DNA of 56,667 bases from a virus (lineage: Duplodnaviria > Caudoviricetes): IMG/VR virus record IMGVR_UViG_3300020440_001567, positions 1 to 56,667 of that record, one strand, 5' to 3'. Below, piece by piece: positions 27,313 through 35,931 of the stretch. Made by a program: the position numbers and the translations under genes. The notes beneath the pieces are model-generated. The model saw nothing but the letters and a program-made list of their open reading frames with translations, made no database searches and was not told the DNA's origin. The stretch's first letter is position 1; every line of letters starts with the position of its first letter.

Positions 27313-29229
27313 TTATTTAAGGCGTTTATTTAACTCTATAGCCAATTTTGACTCGTATGCCAGTCCTTCTGTCGGCATAAACTTGCTGTATTTGTCTTGT
27401 AAGTAGGTGACGTGATTTAAATCCTTGCCTATGTCTAGTCTAATTTTTGCATCTTTCAAGTCTTTTTCAATTGCTTTGGCCAATTCTGTATCACCTTTTT
27501 CTTTGGCCATTTCAAGTGCAGTGTTCATGGCTTTGACAGCAGGTACACTATTGTCTATTGCATTATTGATTGATCCAAGACCCGCAACTGCTCCAACAAT
27601 GATGCCAGCGGCAGTTAAATTCCTTGCCCAATCTTTAAGTCCTTCATCCAATTCTTCGTCCTTTAAATATCTATCTTTTATTTTGCCTATTTCTTGATGA
27701 TTGGCACCTTTACCAGCGGCACTCTGTATGGCCTTCATTCCTGCTTTTCCATACTTCTTAACTCCTGCCCTGTACATGATTCCGCTTTCATTAGTTGGCA
27801 TGATCTCTTTCATTTCGGTGTTAATGAAACTAGGCACTCTATCTAGATATGTTTCTGCTTTTACTTTAGCACTAGGGTCTTTGTCAATTACTGCTTTGGC
27901 AAGTTCTGCCCCATAACCCAAATAACTTTGTGCTTTGCCTAGCACTGGAAAAGGATTTCCTCTAAAATTATATTTGTCTTCGTTGGTTGGTTTATCCTTC
28001 ATTAATTTTAACTTACGTCTTTTCACTTCTGCCTTTGCCACGGGATCTGTCATTACCTTTTCATCTCTCTCAAGGTCTTGTAGTGCTTTCATAAGTTCTC
28101 TGTAATGTGCCATGTCTCTTGGTTTAGTATCTGCATATTCATCTGTACGTGCTTCTTTGGCCATTTTTTTCTCAAATTCTTGCACCCTCTTGTTTAAAAT
28201 TCTCATCATTCCCGGTTTTGTATCGATGTCATCTAATTTTGTTTCACGTGCTAGTATTTCATCGATATTCTTTTTAACAATTTCTGAATGTTTAGCAAAT
28301 GTTTGTGAATCTATCTCTTCTCTGTATGGATTTAATTTTTGATATTCTTCGTAGTTGTGAACACCCTGTAAATAGTCCGCCGCTTTGTTCAGTTTGCTCT
28401 GCACCCAACCCTCTAGGTCGTCACCCTTTTTAATCATGTCCATTAACTCGATTGCGTACTTGGCAGTGTGATACAAAGTGCTTTTGCTCATGTGTCCCTC
28501 GCCTGCGTCTTCCGTTGTGACTGCGTCTCTCATCCTTGCATTCTTGATGCCCATCTTTTCTAACTTCTCAGGCATCTTCGTTACAACAAAACTACCACTT
28601 GTATCTTGTTCGTCAAATTCATAGCCTGCGGCCGACATCATACTTTTAATTGCAAAGTTTCCGTCTGATGATCCAAAGCCTTCACCTTCTGGCCAGTCAT
28701 CATATTCTTGTTCTACTTGCTCTCCTGCCGCTTTTAATTCTTTTGCGTAGTTCACATATTCATCTGCTGAAATAAATTTCCTCATCACAGCCATTCTTAC
28801 CAGGTCCATACCTGAGCCAAATGGTGCGTCTTCATTAAATTGTAATAATGCTTTTTTTACTGAAGTATTTTTTGATAGATCTTTTTGTAATTTTTCAATT
28901 TGTTTTACAGCACCAGTATAATTACCCGCCATCTTTTTAGCGATATCTTTTGCTTTTGAAACCAATTTCCAACCAGAAGCGTCTTCAGTCATACCACCGT
29001 CATCGTATAGGCCAGCCTTTTCGCCTTGCATATAACCATGGACTTTCTTTACATAGTCACCTGCTAGATCAATCTTTTTTGCTACCCATGATTCCATTTC
29101 AGCGGCATCGTCGATCATGTTATGGATTTTGATAGAGTGTTTTCCAATTTTAAGCAATTGGTTTAGAGCCATACTTGCTTCGTATGTGTCTGGTTTTACT
29201 GGTTGGTTGTGTAGTTCGTTTATCTTCAT
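27313..29229 (-). CDS. Modular polyprotein-like protein with N-terminal MKINEL tag and an internal duplicated domain
   Basis: Two copies of M....L....K.......MI....E.WV..K...A.DY...VH.Y; modules bounded by TE|D, NE|D, NE|S, DE|G. Confidence 0.8.
   Translation of the reverse strand: MKINELHNQPVKPDTYEASMALNQLLKIGKHSIKIHNMIDDAAEMESWVAKKIDLAGDYVKKVHGYMQGEKAGLYDDGGMTEDASGWKLVSKAKDIAKKMAGNYTGAVKQIEKLQKDLSKNTSVKKALLQFNEDAPFGSGMDLVRMAVMRKFISADEYVNYAKELKAAGEQVEQEYDDWPEGEGFGSSDGNFAIKSMMSAAGYEFDEQDTSGSFVVTKMPEKLEKMGIKNARMRDAVTTEDAGEGHMSKSTLYHTAKYAIELMDMIKKGDDLEGWVQSKLNKAADYLQGVHNYEEYQKLNPYREEIDSQTFAKHSEIVKKNIDEILARETKLDDIDTKPGMMRILNKRVQEFEKKMAKEARTDEYADTKPRDMAHYRELMKALQDLERDEKVMTDPVAKAEVKRRKLKLMKDKPTNEDKYNFRGNPFPVLGKAQSYLGYGAELAKAVIDKDPSAKVKAETYLDRVPSFINTEMKEIMPTNESGIMYRAGVKKYGKAGMKAIQSAAGKGANHQEIGKIKDRYLKDEELDEGLKDWARNLTAAGIIVGAVAGLGSINNAIDNSVPAVKAMNTALEMAKEKGDTELAKAIEKDLKDAKIRLDIGKDLNHVTYLQDKYSKFMPTEGLAYESKLAIELNKRLK
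28343..29187 (-). repeat. Protein-level duplicated ~55-aa domain (approx 29187-29020 and 28504-28343)
   Basis: EMESWVAKKIDLAGDYVKKVHGY vs DLEGWVQSKLNKAADYLQGVHNY. Confidence 0.75.
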
Positions 29230-29230
29230 A

Positions 29231-29665
29231 TTAATTAAATCCGAAATGTGTAACTTCTGGATACTTTGCTATAATTTTTCTTGCTAATTCGTTGTGTGCT
29301 TTAATCTGTTGATTCATGTGTCCTTCTGGTCTTCCACCTGAATACATAGTTGGTCCACCTGGATTTTGGTCAACTGTTGTTGGAATCTCTGCCGACGGCT
29401 TATCTATATTTTTTTGTAACCATTGTGTTGATCTTGCTATAAATTCTTTTGCTGGTACAGGACCGGCATCTTCAAAATCTGGATCATATCCTAATGTGTC
29501 AAGAAACATTCTCATACTTGCGTTGCTCATATAAGGTGTGTCTAATGGTTCATCTTTCGACCATTCATCTGGAAATGTCCAGGTTTTTCCCTCTGCATCT
29601 TTTGGATCTTTGTAGTAAGGCATCATTGATGCACCTTCTTTTATGTTGAATTCTTTAAATCTCAT
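29231..29665 (-). CDS. Hypothetical protein with MRFKEFNIKE tag
   Basis: ORF, ATGA-coupled. Confidence 0.75.
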   Translation of the reverse strand: MRFKEFNIKEGASMMPYYKDPKDAEGKTWTFPDEWSKDEPLDTPYMSNASMRMFLDTLGYDPDFEDAGPVPAKEFIARSTQWLQKNIDKPSAEIPTTVDQNPGGPTMYSGGRPEGHMNQQIKAHNELARKIIAKYPEVTHFGFN

Positions 29666-29925
29666 CTTTTTATTCCTGGTCCGCCAAATATATTTACTCC
29701 TTTTAAAGCATGAGCACCTTTGACAGTTCCGTTAGGGTTTTTTGGCTGAACAACTTTTGGTAATTTTGGAGCCTTAGTTCCCGATCTACCCGGTGATCCA
29801 TGATAAGACTTTTTAAATCTATCTTTACCTATCGCTATGTGAGGACTTACGACAGTTGAAACGTTTCCTGCACTAGTGGCTCCGTCTGTGGCATATTCTC
29901 TTATTATGACTTCGTTTATCTTCAT
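29662..29925 (-). CDS. Basic hypothetical protein with MKINEVIIRE tag
   Basis: E|YATDGATSAGNV motif, ATGA-coupled. Confidence 0.75.
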   Translation of the reverse strand: MKINEVIIREYATDGATSAGNVSTVVSPHIAIGKDRFKKSYHGSPGRSGTKAPKLPKVVQPKNPNGTVKGAHALKGVNIFGGPGIKR

Positions 29926-30362
29926 TTCTTTTTCTTACGTCCCCTACGCATATTTATTTGCCATCTTGCCAGTCTGCCTTTCTCGCCTCCTGACTTGGCC
30001 GCCTTTTGTAACTGCGCCATTGTGGCATTTTTTGGAATACCTACCCTTTGACTTAAACCTTTTCTACCAGGATTTTTCCCATCATCAAAATTTTCAAGTC
30101 CTAATTTTTTAACATTTTTTCTTTCATCACCAATTTTAACATCCTTGGTTGCGTTCTGTTTTGTAATAATTCCAACACCTGCCGCATCTTCTGTTTTAAT
30201 ATTGGACATTTTACCTGTTTTTCTGTATTGTGATAACTTGTCTTGCACCCTTTGATTCAATGGTCTTGGATCATAATCTTTTGTTATAGGTTTCTTCTTG
30301 ACAGTCCTATATGTAGTTCTAGGACGGGTAGTTGCAAAACCTAATATTTCTTTGATCTTCAT
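29922..30362 (-). CDS. Basic modular protein with MKIKEIL tag
   Basis: TE|DAAGVGII and LE|NFDDGKNPGRKG modules; start at 30362. Confidence 0.75.
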   Translation of the reverse strand: MKIKEILGFATTRPRTTYRTVKKKPITKDYDPRPLNQRVQDKLSQYRKTGKMSNIKTEDAAGVGIITKQNATKDVKIGDERKNVKKLGLENFDDGKNPGRKGLSQRVGIPKNATMAQLQKAAKSGGEKGRLARWQINMRRGRKKKK

Positions 30363-30601
30363 TTTTTCTTCCTGCCTGCACAATGAGCCTTCTGTGAGAA
30401 ACCTTTCGGATTGTTGCAGTTGATAGATTTTTTATATTTTTTACTCCAACCTTCTCTAACTCTAAAAGGATAGGAAATAAAGCCAGGTGCGTAACCCATT
30501 CTCATACGGTTTGTGGCTCTTTTCTCATACTTTTTGAGTTGCTTTTCCACATCAGGGTGAGCATATTTTGTTGCATATTCATATATTTCAATGATTCTCA
30601 T
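30359..30601 (-). CDS. Basic Cys-pair protein with MRIIEIYE tag
   Basis: RE|GWSKKYKKSINCNNPKGFSQKAHCAGRKKK. Confidence 0.75.
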   Translation of the reverse strand: MRIIEIYEYATKYAHPDVEKQLKKYEKRATNRMRMGYAPGFISYPFRVREGWSKKYKKSINCNNPKGFSQKAHCAGRKKK

Positions 30602-30640
30602 AATATTATGTACTTATCTTATGCTTACAGCCAATAGTGA

Positions 30641-31870
30641 TTAAAAATTGGGTATCCCGGTAAGAGCAAAATCACCCTTTCTGCTTTCAAACCATTTTTT
30701 CCCCACATCTTTAATCTTGTTCCAGTCGTATCCTTTGTCTGTGTGTGGATGCTTTTTGTTCAGTATACTGTTTCGAAGTTTTTCTGGTAGTTTATATCCG
30801 TGCTCTTGCATATATTTGTCGAAATGCTCTTCTGGTATGTTTGCTATGTTCATGTAGAAAGGATCAAAAATTATGTTGTAGTAAGTATCGGTGACATTAT
30901 CATATCGCTCTTTAAATCCCTCCATCCATTCCACAAGTTCGTGGGTCTTGAAAAAATTGTATACGTGTATAGAAGGACAAAAATATGACTTACCTGCTGT
31001 TTGGGCCTCTATTAATTTTATTATATTTCTTTCTAATGTTTTGAAATCACTTGGAAATCTTATAATATCATTTAGCCTTCCATACGCATCTATACTAAAC
31101 ATTAAGTCAGTTTTAAATTGGCTTAACAGTTCTACGAATTTAGGATTGGCGTTTGTGCAGTTGGTGTTAAATTCAAGTCTGATGTTTTTATTGTATCCGT
31201 GTTTGATGCAGTGTTCCATAATTCTATGTACGCCTGGATTAATGCTAGGTTCTCCGCCGGTCATGTATATTACTTCTAGGTTGGGCAATAAATCTATAAT
31301 CTCCTGCATGGAGTCTTCATCTTCATGCCATGTCCAGTTTTTAAATTTTGTATTTTTTACAAAGTTTTTTTGGGGTTTCGTCCTTTTGCCATACCAGTAG
31401 TTGCTCTCCATCATGAACTTGCCCTGCTCTTCGTGTTTCCAGAACTGGTCACTGGATCCGGCGTTGCACATTATACAACCAAGGTTACATAAAATACTAA
31501 ATCTTAGATCCAATTGTAAAATTTTCTTATTTTTTTCTAAATTATCTATTCCGTGCTCTGTTCTGTGGTGTTCGTATGTTTCTAATCTTTTCTTTCCTGG
31601 GAGCATACATCTACGACAACCTTTGCTCCAATTCCCTTTCTTCATCTCCTCATACATTGGAAACAATATCTTTTCTCTGTAATCTGATATAGGAGTCTTT
31701 AGAGGACTCTTGTGGTATTCAACGTGCATAGGATCTTCTTCTTTTCTAAACCAACAACATGGTTTAAATTGGTGATTGTTAGTCACATACAAAGAAGTAA
31801 GTGGAGCCAAGCATGGATTGGTTGGCTTCTCTTTAATTTCATCATTGTTTAAGAAAAGATCGTCTTGCAT
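30641..31870 (-). CDS. Radical SAM protein with N-terminal twitch/SPASM-like Cys cluster
   Basis: CNLGCIMC, TGGEP, NTN, SID; N-terminal C..P...PCC...CRRC. Confidence 0.85.
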   Translation of the reverse strand: MQDDLFLNNDEIKEKPTNPCLAPLTSLYVTNNHQFKPCCWFRKEEDPMHVEYHKSPLKTPISDYREKILFPMYEEMKKGNWSKGCRRCMLPGKKRLETYEHHRTEHGIDNLEKNKKILQLDLRFSILCNLGCIMCNAGSSDQFWKHEEQGKFMMESNYWYGKRTKPQKNFVKNTKFKNWTWHEDEDSMQEIIDLLPNLEVIYMTGGEPSINPGVHRIMEHCIKHGYNKNIRLEFNTNCTNANPKFVELLSQFKTDLMFSIDAYGRLNDIIRFPSDFKTLERNIIKLIEAQTAGKSYFCPSIHVYNFFKTHELVEWMEGFKERYDNVTDTYYNIIFDPFYMNIANIPEEHFDKYMQEHGYKLPEKLRNSILNKKHPHTDKGYDWNKIKDVGKKWFESRKGDFALTGIPNF

Positions 31871-31878
31871 CGTAATAC

Positions 31879-32466
31879 TTATATTACACACCAATTTAGT
31901 TCATTGAAGAATTTGATAGTGTCTTCGTATGAGTATTGTTCTTTGATGTCCATTGATATGATCGACCTTTCCTTGTTAGAATTATTTTTCACCCAATGCC
32001 ATGCACTGACATTTATAATAACACCATTTTTCATGTTAAACTTATGTCCTAGGTCTTCTACTTTTTGTGCTGAAAGTCCTTGCTCGTCTGGTGTTCTAAC
32101 CATAGGGTCTATCTCGTTGTTAAATTTGTAATCCGATACGCCTAACCATGAATCCTCGGGTATTATCACAGGTAGGTTTATAGCGGCCCTTCTGCCTCTA
32201 TCCCTGTGTACTCTCATTTGGCGTTTATCCGGTTTCATCCAGTATACATTTACACTGCTTACGTATTCTGTCCATGGATATTTTTTCATCAATTCATTAC
32301 ACTCGTTGTAATATTCGCAAGTATCCTCGAATGCAGACCACGTCGTTGCTCGCCAACCCCATGGCTCTACGATGTGTTTCTTGGGAGTATTAGCAACAAC
32401 AATTTTGCCAAACTCTATCATCTCTTGAATAAAATCAGGTTTGTTTATTTCGATGTAATTTTTCAT
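31879..32466 (-). CDS. Putative 2OG-Fe(II) oxygenase-like protein
   Basis: HRD...AINLP...WH.V.N....R pattern. Confidence 0.55.
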   Translation of the reverse strand: MKNYIEINKPDFIQEMIEFGKIVVANTPKKHIVEPWGWRATTWSAFEDTCEYYNECNELMKKYPWTEYVSSVNVYWMKPDKRQMRVHRDRGRRAAINLPVIIPEDSWLGVSDYKFNNEIDPMVRTPDEQGLSAQKVEDLGHKFNMKNGVIINVSAWHWVKNNSNKERSIISMDIKEQYSYEDTIKFFNELNWCVI

Positions 32467-33107
32467 TATACCCAGCCGTTTTCATTAAACAGATTAACAA
32501 TATCTTTATAGTAATAATCTCTGTGTGGTTCAAATGCTATTTGAATTCTCTCGTCCGCAGTTTTGTTTATCACGGTGTGCCACACTTTAGTATTTAAAAT
32601 TGCACACTGTTTCATTTCACGTTCAACTAAATCTGCACCTAAACTTTCTAGTTTTTGATTCCTTTTTTCATTCCATGTGCCATCTGCTTTGGAATCTATG
32701 TACAGGTTAATTTCTCCTTCTTGCATTTCTCTGTTAAGAACTAACAATTTTTGTTCTTTATTAATTTTTATTGGAAAATTTATTACACAATGTCTTCCAA
32801 TATCAACGTGTAAAGGTAGACTAGAATAATTGTCAAATGTGAATATTTTAATTTCTGATATTGTTTTTAACACAGGTGCAAGATGTTTGTCAAAAATAGC
32901 AATATAATTTTTGGGAATAAGATTATTCCATTTGCTATCATGCTTGTAGAGATTTCTATAATGATGTTTTTTTGGTGCTCCTGTAAGACTTTTTATTTGT
33001 TCTGTTTTATAAATGTCTATACCAATTTCTTTATCTAGAATCTTACCTGCAAGTTCTGAAAATGCATCCGTGAGTTCACTCGGCCAAGATACATAAGTCA
33101 GGTTCAC
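32466..33107 (-). CDS. Putative 2OG-Fe(II) oxygenase-like protein (paralog of neighbour)
   Basis: HVD...VINFP...WH.V.N....R pattern. Confidence 0.55.
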   Translation of the reverse strand: MNLTYVSWPSELTDAFSELAGKILDKEIGIDIYKTEQIKSLTGAPKKHHYRNLYKHDSKWNNLIPKNYIAIFDKHLAPVLKTISEIKIFTFDNYSSLPLHVDIGRHCVINFPIKINKEQKLLVLNREMQEGEINLYIDSKADGTWNEKRNQKLESLGADLVEREMKQCAILNTKVWHTVINKTADERIQIAFEPHRDYYYKDIVNLFNENGWV

Positions 33108-33388
33108 GTGTCTATTCCTTGCTTCTGCTTTTTATTTTTTTCTATTTGTTGAATCATGTTCAAGAATTCTTTTCCTATGTCTTTGAATTCTTGGTATTTT
33201 GGATCTTTTAAAACTTTATCACTGAAATATTGATCCATAAAATCAAAGTTCTGTGGTATATCTTTAGGCCATGCTGTCGATGGTACTAGTGCACCGGCAC
33301 CAAAAGCCGCTGTTGCCGCCGCACCTTTGCCTACTTTCTTAAGAAAGTCTCGCCTGTTTAATTCAGAAATTATCTCACTTATCTTCAT
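33104..33388 (-). CDS. Small protein with MKISEIISE tag followed by a twin-arginine signal-like peptide
   Basis: E|LNRRDFLKK, then hydrophobic GAAATAAFGAGALVP. Confidence 0.75.
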   Translation of the reverse strand: MKISEIISELNRRDFLKKVGKGAAATAAFGAGALVPSTAWPKDIPQNFDFMDQYFSDKVLKDPKYQEFKDIGKEFLNMIQQIEKNKKQKQGIDT

Positions 33389-34040
33389 TATCACCTCTTA
33401 ATACTATAACACCACAGGCTAGCCTGTCGCCGGCGTTACCTGTTTTTAAACTTTCTTCATCACCACCTTGTCCGAGATCGTCTTTGTCTGCATGGACTAC
33501 TATTCCTCTGCCTACAACAGATCTTTCACCCATTAGGTCAACTCTATCTGCTTTAATATTTACAACAGCAACACCTTTTTCGTCTGCTGTAATGTTACCT
33601 AGGTCTCCTACGTGACCATTGTCCATGCCGGCATGGTCCTCAGCGTCTGGATTGTAATGTCCTCCCATTGAAGCACAACCATCGCTCATATCGCCATACT
33701 CATGTATGTGGAACCCATGTTCACCTGGTTCTAATCCTGTTATTGTGCCTTTAATTAATGTTGGTGTGTTTGTTTTTTGCATCAATAATATTGTGCCTTT
33801 AACTTTGTCACTGTGCATCAATTCGCATTGTGCTATCATTGTGTCTTCTGATTCTGTTAAACTTTTTACTTGGCTACAAGAGCATTCTTTTGCTTTTGTT
33901 CGTGGACAACTTGCTTCGTTGGCTCTGTTATTACCTTTGTTTTTAAAGTCAAACCTGTTGTTAGGTCCAAACCCGGGTTTGTGTACAAGTCCCATCGCAT
34001 CAGCAGTGCCTGGCATTATAATGAATTCTTTGGCTCGCAT
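33375..34040 (-). CDS. sodC: Cu/Zn superoxide dismutase with MRAKEFII N-terminal extension
   Basis: HGFHIH, GC...GGHYNP, HVGDLGNI, GRGIVVH..DDLG, GNAG.RLACG. Confidence 0.93.
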   Translation of the reverse strand: MRAKEFIIMPGTADAMGLVHKPGFGPNNRFDFKNKGNNRANEASCPRTKAKECSCSQVKSLTESEDTMIAQCELMHSDKVKGTILLMQKTNTPTLIKGTITGLEPGEHGFHIHEYGDMSDGCASMGGHYNPDAEDHAGMDNGHVGDLGNITADEKGVAVVNIKADRVDLMGERSVVGRGIVVHADKDDLGQGGDEESLKTGNAGDRLACGVIVLRGDNEDK

Positions 34041-34061
34041 AGTACGAGTATTTATTGTGAA

Positions 34062-34283
34062 TTATTTTTTAGTTTTGGCTTTGGGCATTGGGTTTTCCCC
34101 AGTCAATTTAGGTCTTGCGAACCATAATTTGAACCAATCTTGTGTGCCCGGTTGTATGTTATGTTTTCTTTGGTATTGTGCTTTTTCGGTTCCTGTGTAT
34201 GAAAGATTTTCACCCATCGATCCTTCTTCTGGTTTAGGTTCGTTTACGCCTGCTAGTTTTTTTAAACGTTCTATATCTTCCAT
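34062..34283 (-). CDS. Hypothetical protein (LKKLAGVNE motif)
   Basis: ORF. Confidence 0.7.
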   Translation of the reverse strand: MEDIERLKKLAGVNEPKPEEGSMGENLSYTGTEKAQYQRKHNIQPGTQDWFKLWFARPKLTGENPMPKAKTKK

Positions 34284-34447
34284 GATCTTAATTGTTCTTT
34301 TGTGGGTTTGTGTGCTTTTACTTTTTCTACCTTGCCACCTTTGGCTAGGAATTGTTTCATAAGTTCGTCTAGTTCTTTTTGTTTTTCTTCAGGTGATTTG
34401 TCTGTTGGTCCACCATAGTTCCTATTGATACCACTGTATTTTGCCAT
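34271..34447 (-). CDS. Small hypothetical protein (FLAKGGKV motif)
   Basis: GGAG RBS before MAKY at 34447. Confidence 0.65.
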   Translation of the reverse strand: MAKYSGINRNYGGPTDKSPEEKQKELDELMKQFLAKGGKVEKVKAHKPTKEQLRSWKI

Positions 34448-34448
34448 A

Positions 34449-34784
34449 TTACTCCTTGTCTGTGTCGTAGTCCATTCCCATATCCATATCATCCTGCATA
34501 GGCCAATCTGTGAAATATGGATCTACTCCACTGTTCATGTCGTCTTGTGCTTCTATTGTTGTAACTTCTTTGACATAGTGTTTCATTGTGTTTTCTATTC
34601 CGTACTGTAAAGTCTGTGTGCTACCAGCACAACCAGAACAGGCACCACTCATTTCTAGTTTAAGTACACCGTTGTCAAAATCTACATAGTTCACAACACC
34701 GCCATGTTGATCAACAACAGGTGCTACAAACTTTTGTAATACATCTTTGATATCTTTTACTACTTCTTCTTTAGTTCTTTCCAT
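34449..34784 (-). CDS. NifU/NfuA C-terminal Fe-S carrier domain protein
   Basis: V.P....HGG...L.MSGACSGC....TL..GIE. Confidence 0.9.
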   Translation of the reverse strand: MERTKEEVVKDIKDVLQKFVAPVVDQHGGVVNYVDFDNGVLKLEMSGACSGCAGSTQTLQYGIENTMKHYVKEVTTIEAQDDMNSGVDPYFTDWPMQDDMDMGMDYDTDKE

Positions 34785-35931
34785 AAGCCTCCAGACCTTT
34801 TTTTACTTTATCTAATGAATCTCTATTTGCTTGATATAATATTCCATATCCACCCGCACCTTGCCAACGTTGTATGTTTACTGGCCTGTCGTCTATCAAA
34901 ATGTTTGGCGTACCTGTTGCCTTATCCTTTGCGTAGGATTCTTTTCTACCTGTAACAATTATTTCATCTGGTTGTTCAATGTTGTTGGATATCCAAACTT
35001 TTTTATATTTTCCTGAATTTTCATGATCACCTCTTAATGGAGATGTGTTAATGCTGAATTTTCCACCTGTAAATTTCTTGACCATATCAATTAATGCATC
35101 TGCATTGTTGAATTTTGGCAAGGTTGCAAAGAAGTCTGTGCCAGTAATTCTATTAATGACCTCTTGTTTTAAATCTTTTGTTTTATCGTTTGTAAGTTCC
35201 TTCCAGTGTGATACCCCATAAAGGTTTTCTACACCACCAAAAAAGTCTGCTAGGACTCCATCCATGTCGAGGTACACTACTGGTTCACCGTCAGTCATGT
35301 CTTCATTATACAACTTTTTGTTGTTTTCTGCAACCTCTACGCCCAATGCGTCTTGTATTTTATCGTAGATAACTTTACCATTATTACCACCAAGGATAAT
35401 TCTAGCAAATTCGTTATATTGGCCTTTTGCCGCTAACTCTCTGGCCTTTGATGCAGATGCTCCTGCTACCCCATCTGAATCAGGATCTCTTTGACCTGCA
35501 TTCACAACTCTAATATTATCAAACTTGTATAGATCGTTGCCTTGCTTATCTGGTTTACCATTGTATTGATTTAATAGTTTTTCAAATTCGTCAACCCTGT
35601 CTGAACCTGCCACCATTATTATTCTTGTTCTTCCCTCGGCCTGTATTACCTGCAATGCTTTAATTATAGTGTTGGCATTTGCATCTCCCACTGCTAGAGA
35701 TGGATAAAATTTTTGTATGTAAGATTGTTTTTGTTCAAATGATAATGGATCTGTCTTGTTGTTTTGTTTGTGAGATAGGAAAAGATATGCTTTTCCGTTA
35801 GCCTTTTGAGCAGTGTTTAGTAAAGTTTGGATTAGTTTATCGTGACCAATTGTGGGAGGATTGAATCGACCAAAGGCAAAAACTGCTGTTGAGCGATCGT
35901 CTTCCTTAAGAAACAGTTCCTTTAACAACAT
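34771..35931 (-). CDS. Cytidylyltransferase-like (HIGH) domain fused to HAD 5'(3')-nucleotidase, with MLLKELFLKE tag
   Basis: FGRFNPPTIGH, GSDR, SAS..R; then YLDMDGVLADF...LIDD. Confidence 0.85.
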   Translation of the reverse strand: MLLKELFLKEDDRSTAVFAFGRFNPPTIGHDKLIQTLLNTAQKANGKAYLFLSHKQNNKTDPLSFEQKQSYIQKFYPSLAVGDANANTIIKALQVIQAEGRTRIIMVAGSDRVDEFEKLLNQYNGKPDKQGNDLYKFDNIRVVNAGQRDPDSDGVAGASASKARELAAKGQYNEFARIILGGNNGKVIYDKIQDALGVEVAENNKKLYNEDMTDGEPVVYLDMDGVLADFFGGVENLYGVSHWKELTNDKTKDLKQEVINRITGTDFFATLPKFNNADALIDMVKKFTGGKFSINTSPLRGDHENSGKYKKVWISNNIEQPDEIIVTGRKESYAKDKATGTPNILIDDRPVNIQRWQGAGGYGILYQANRDSLDKVKKGLEAYGKN

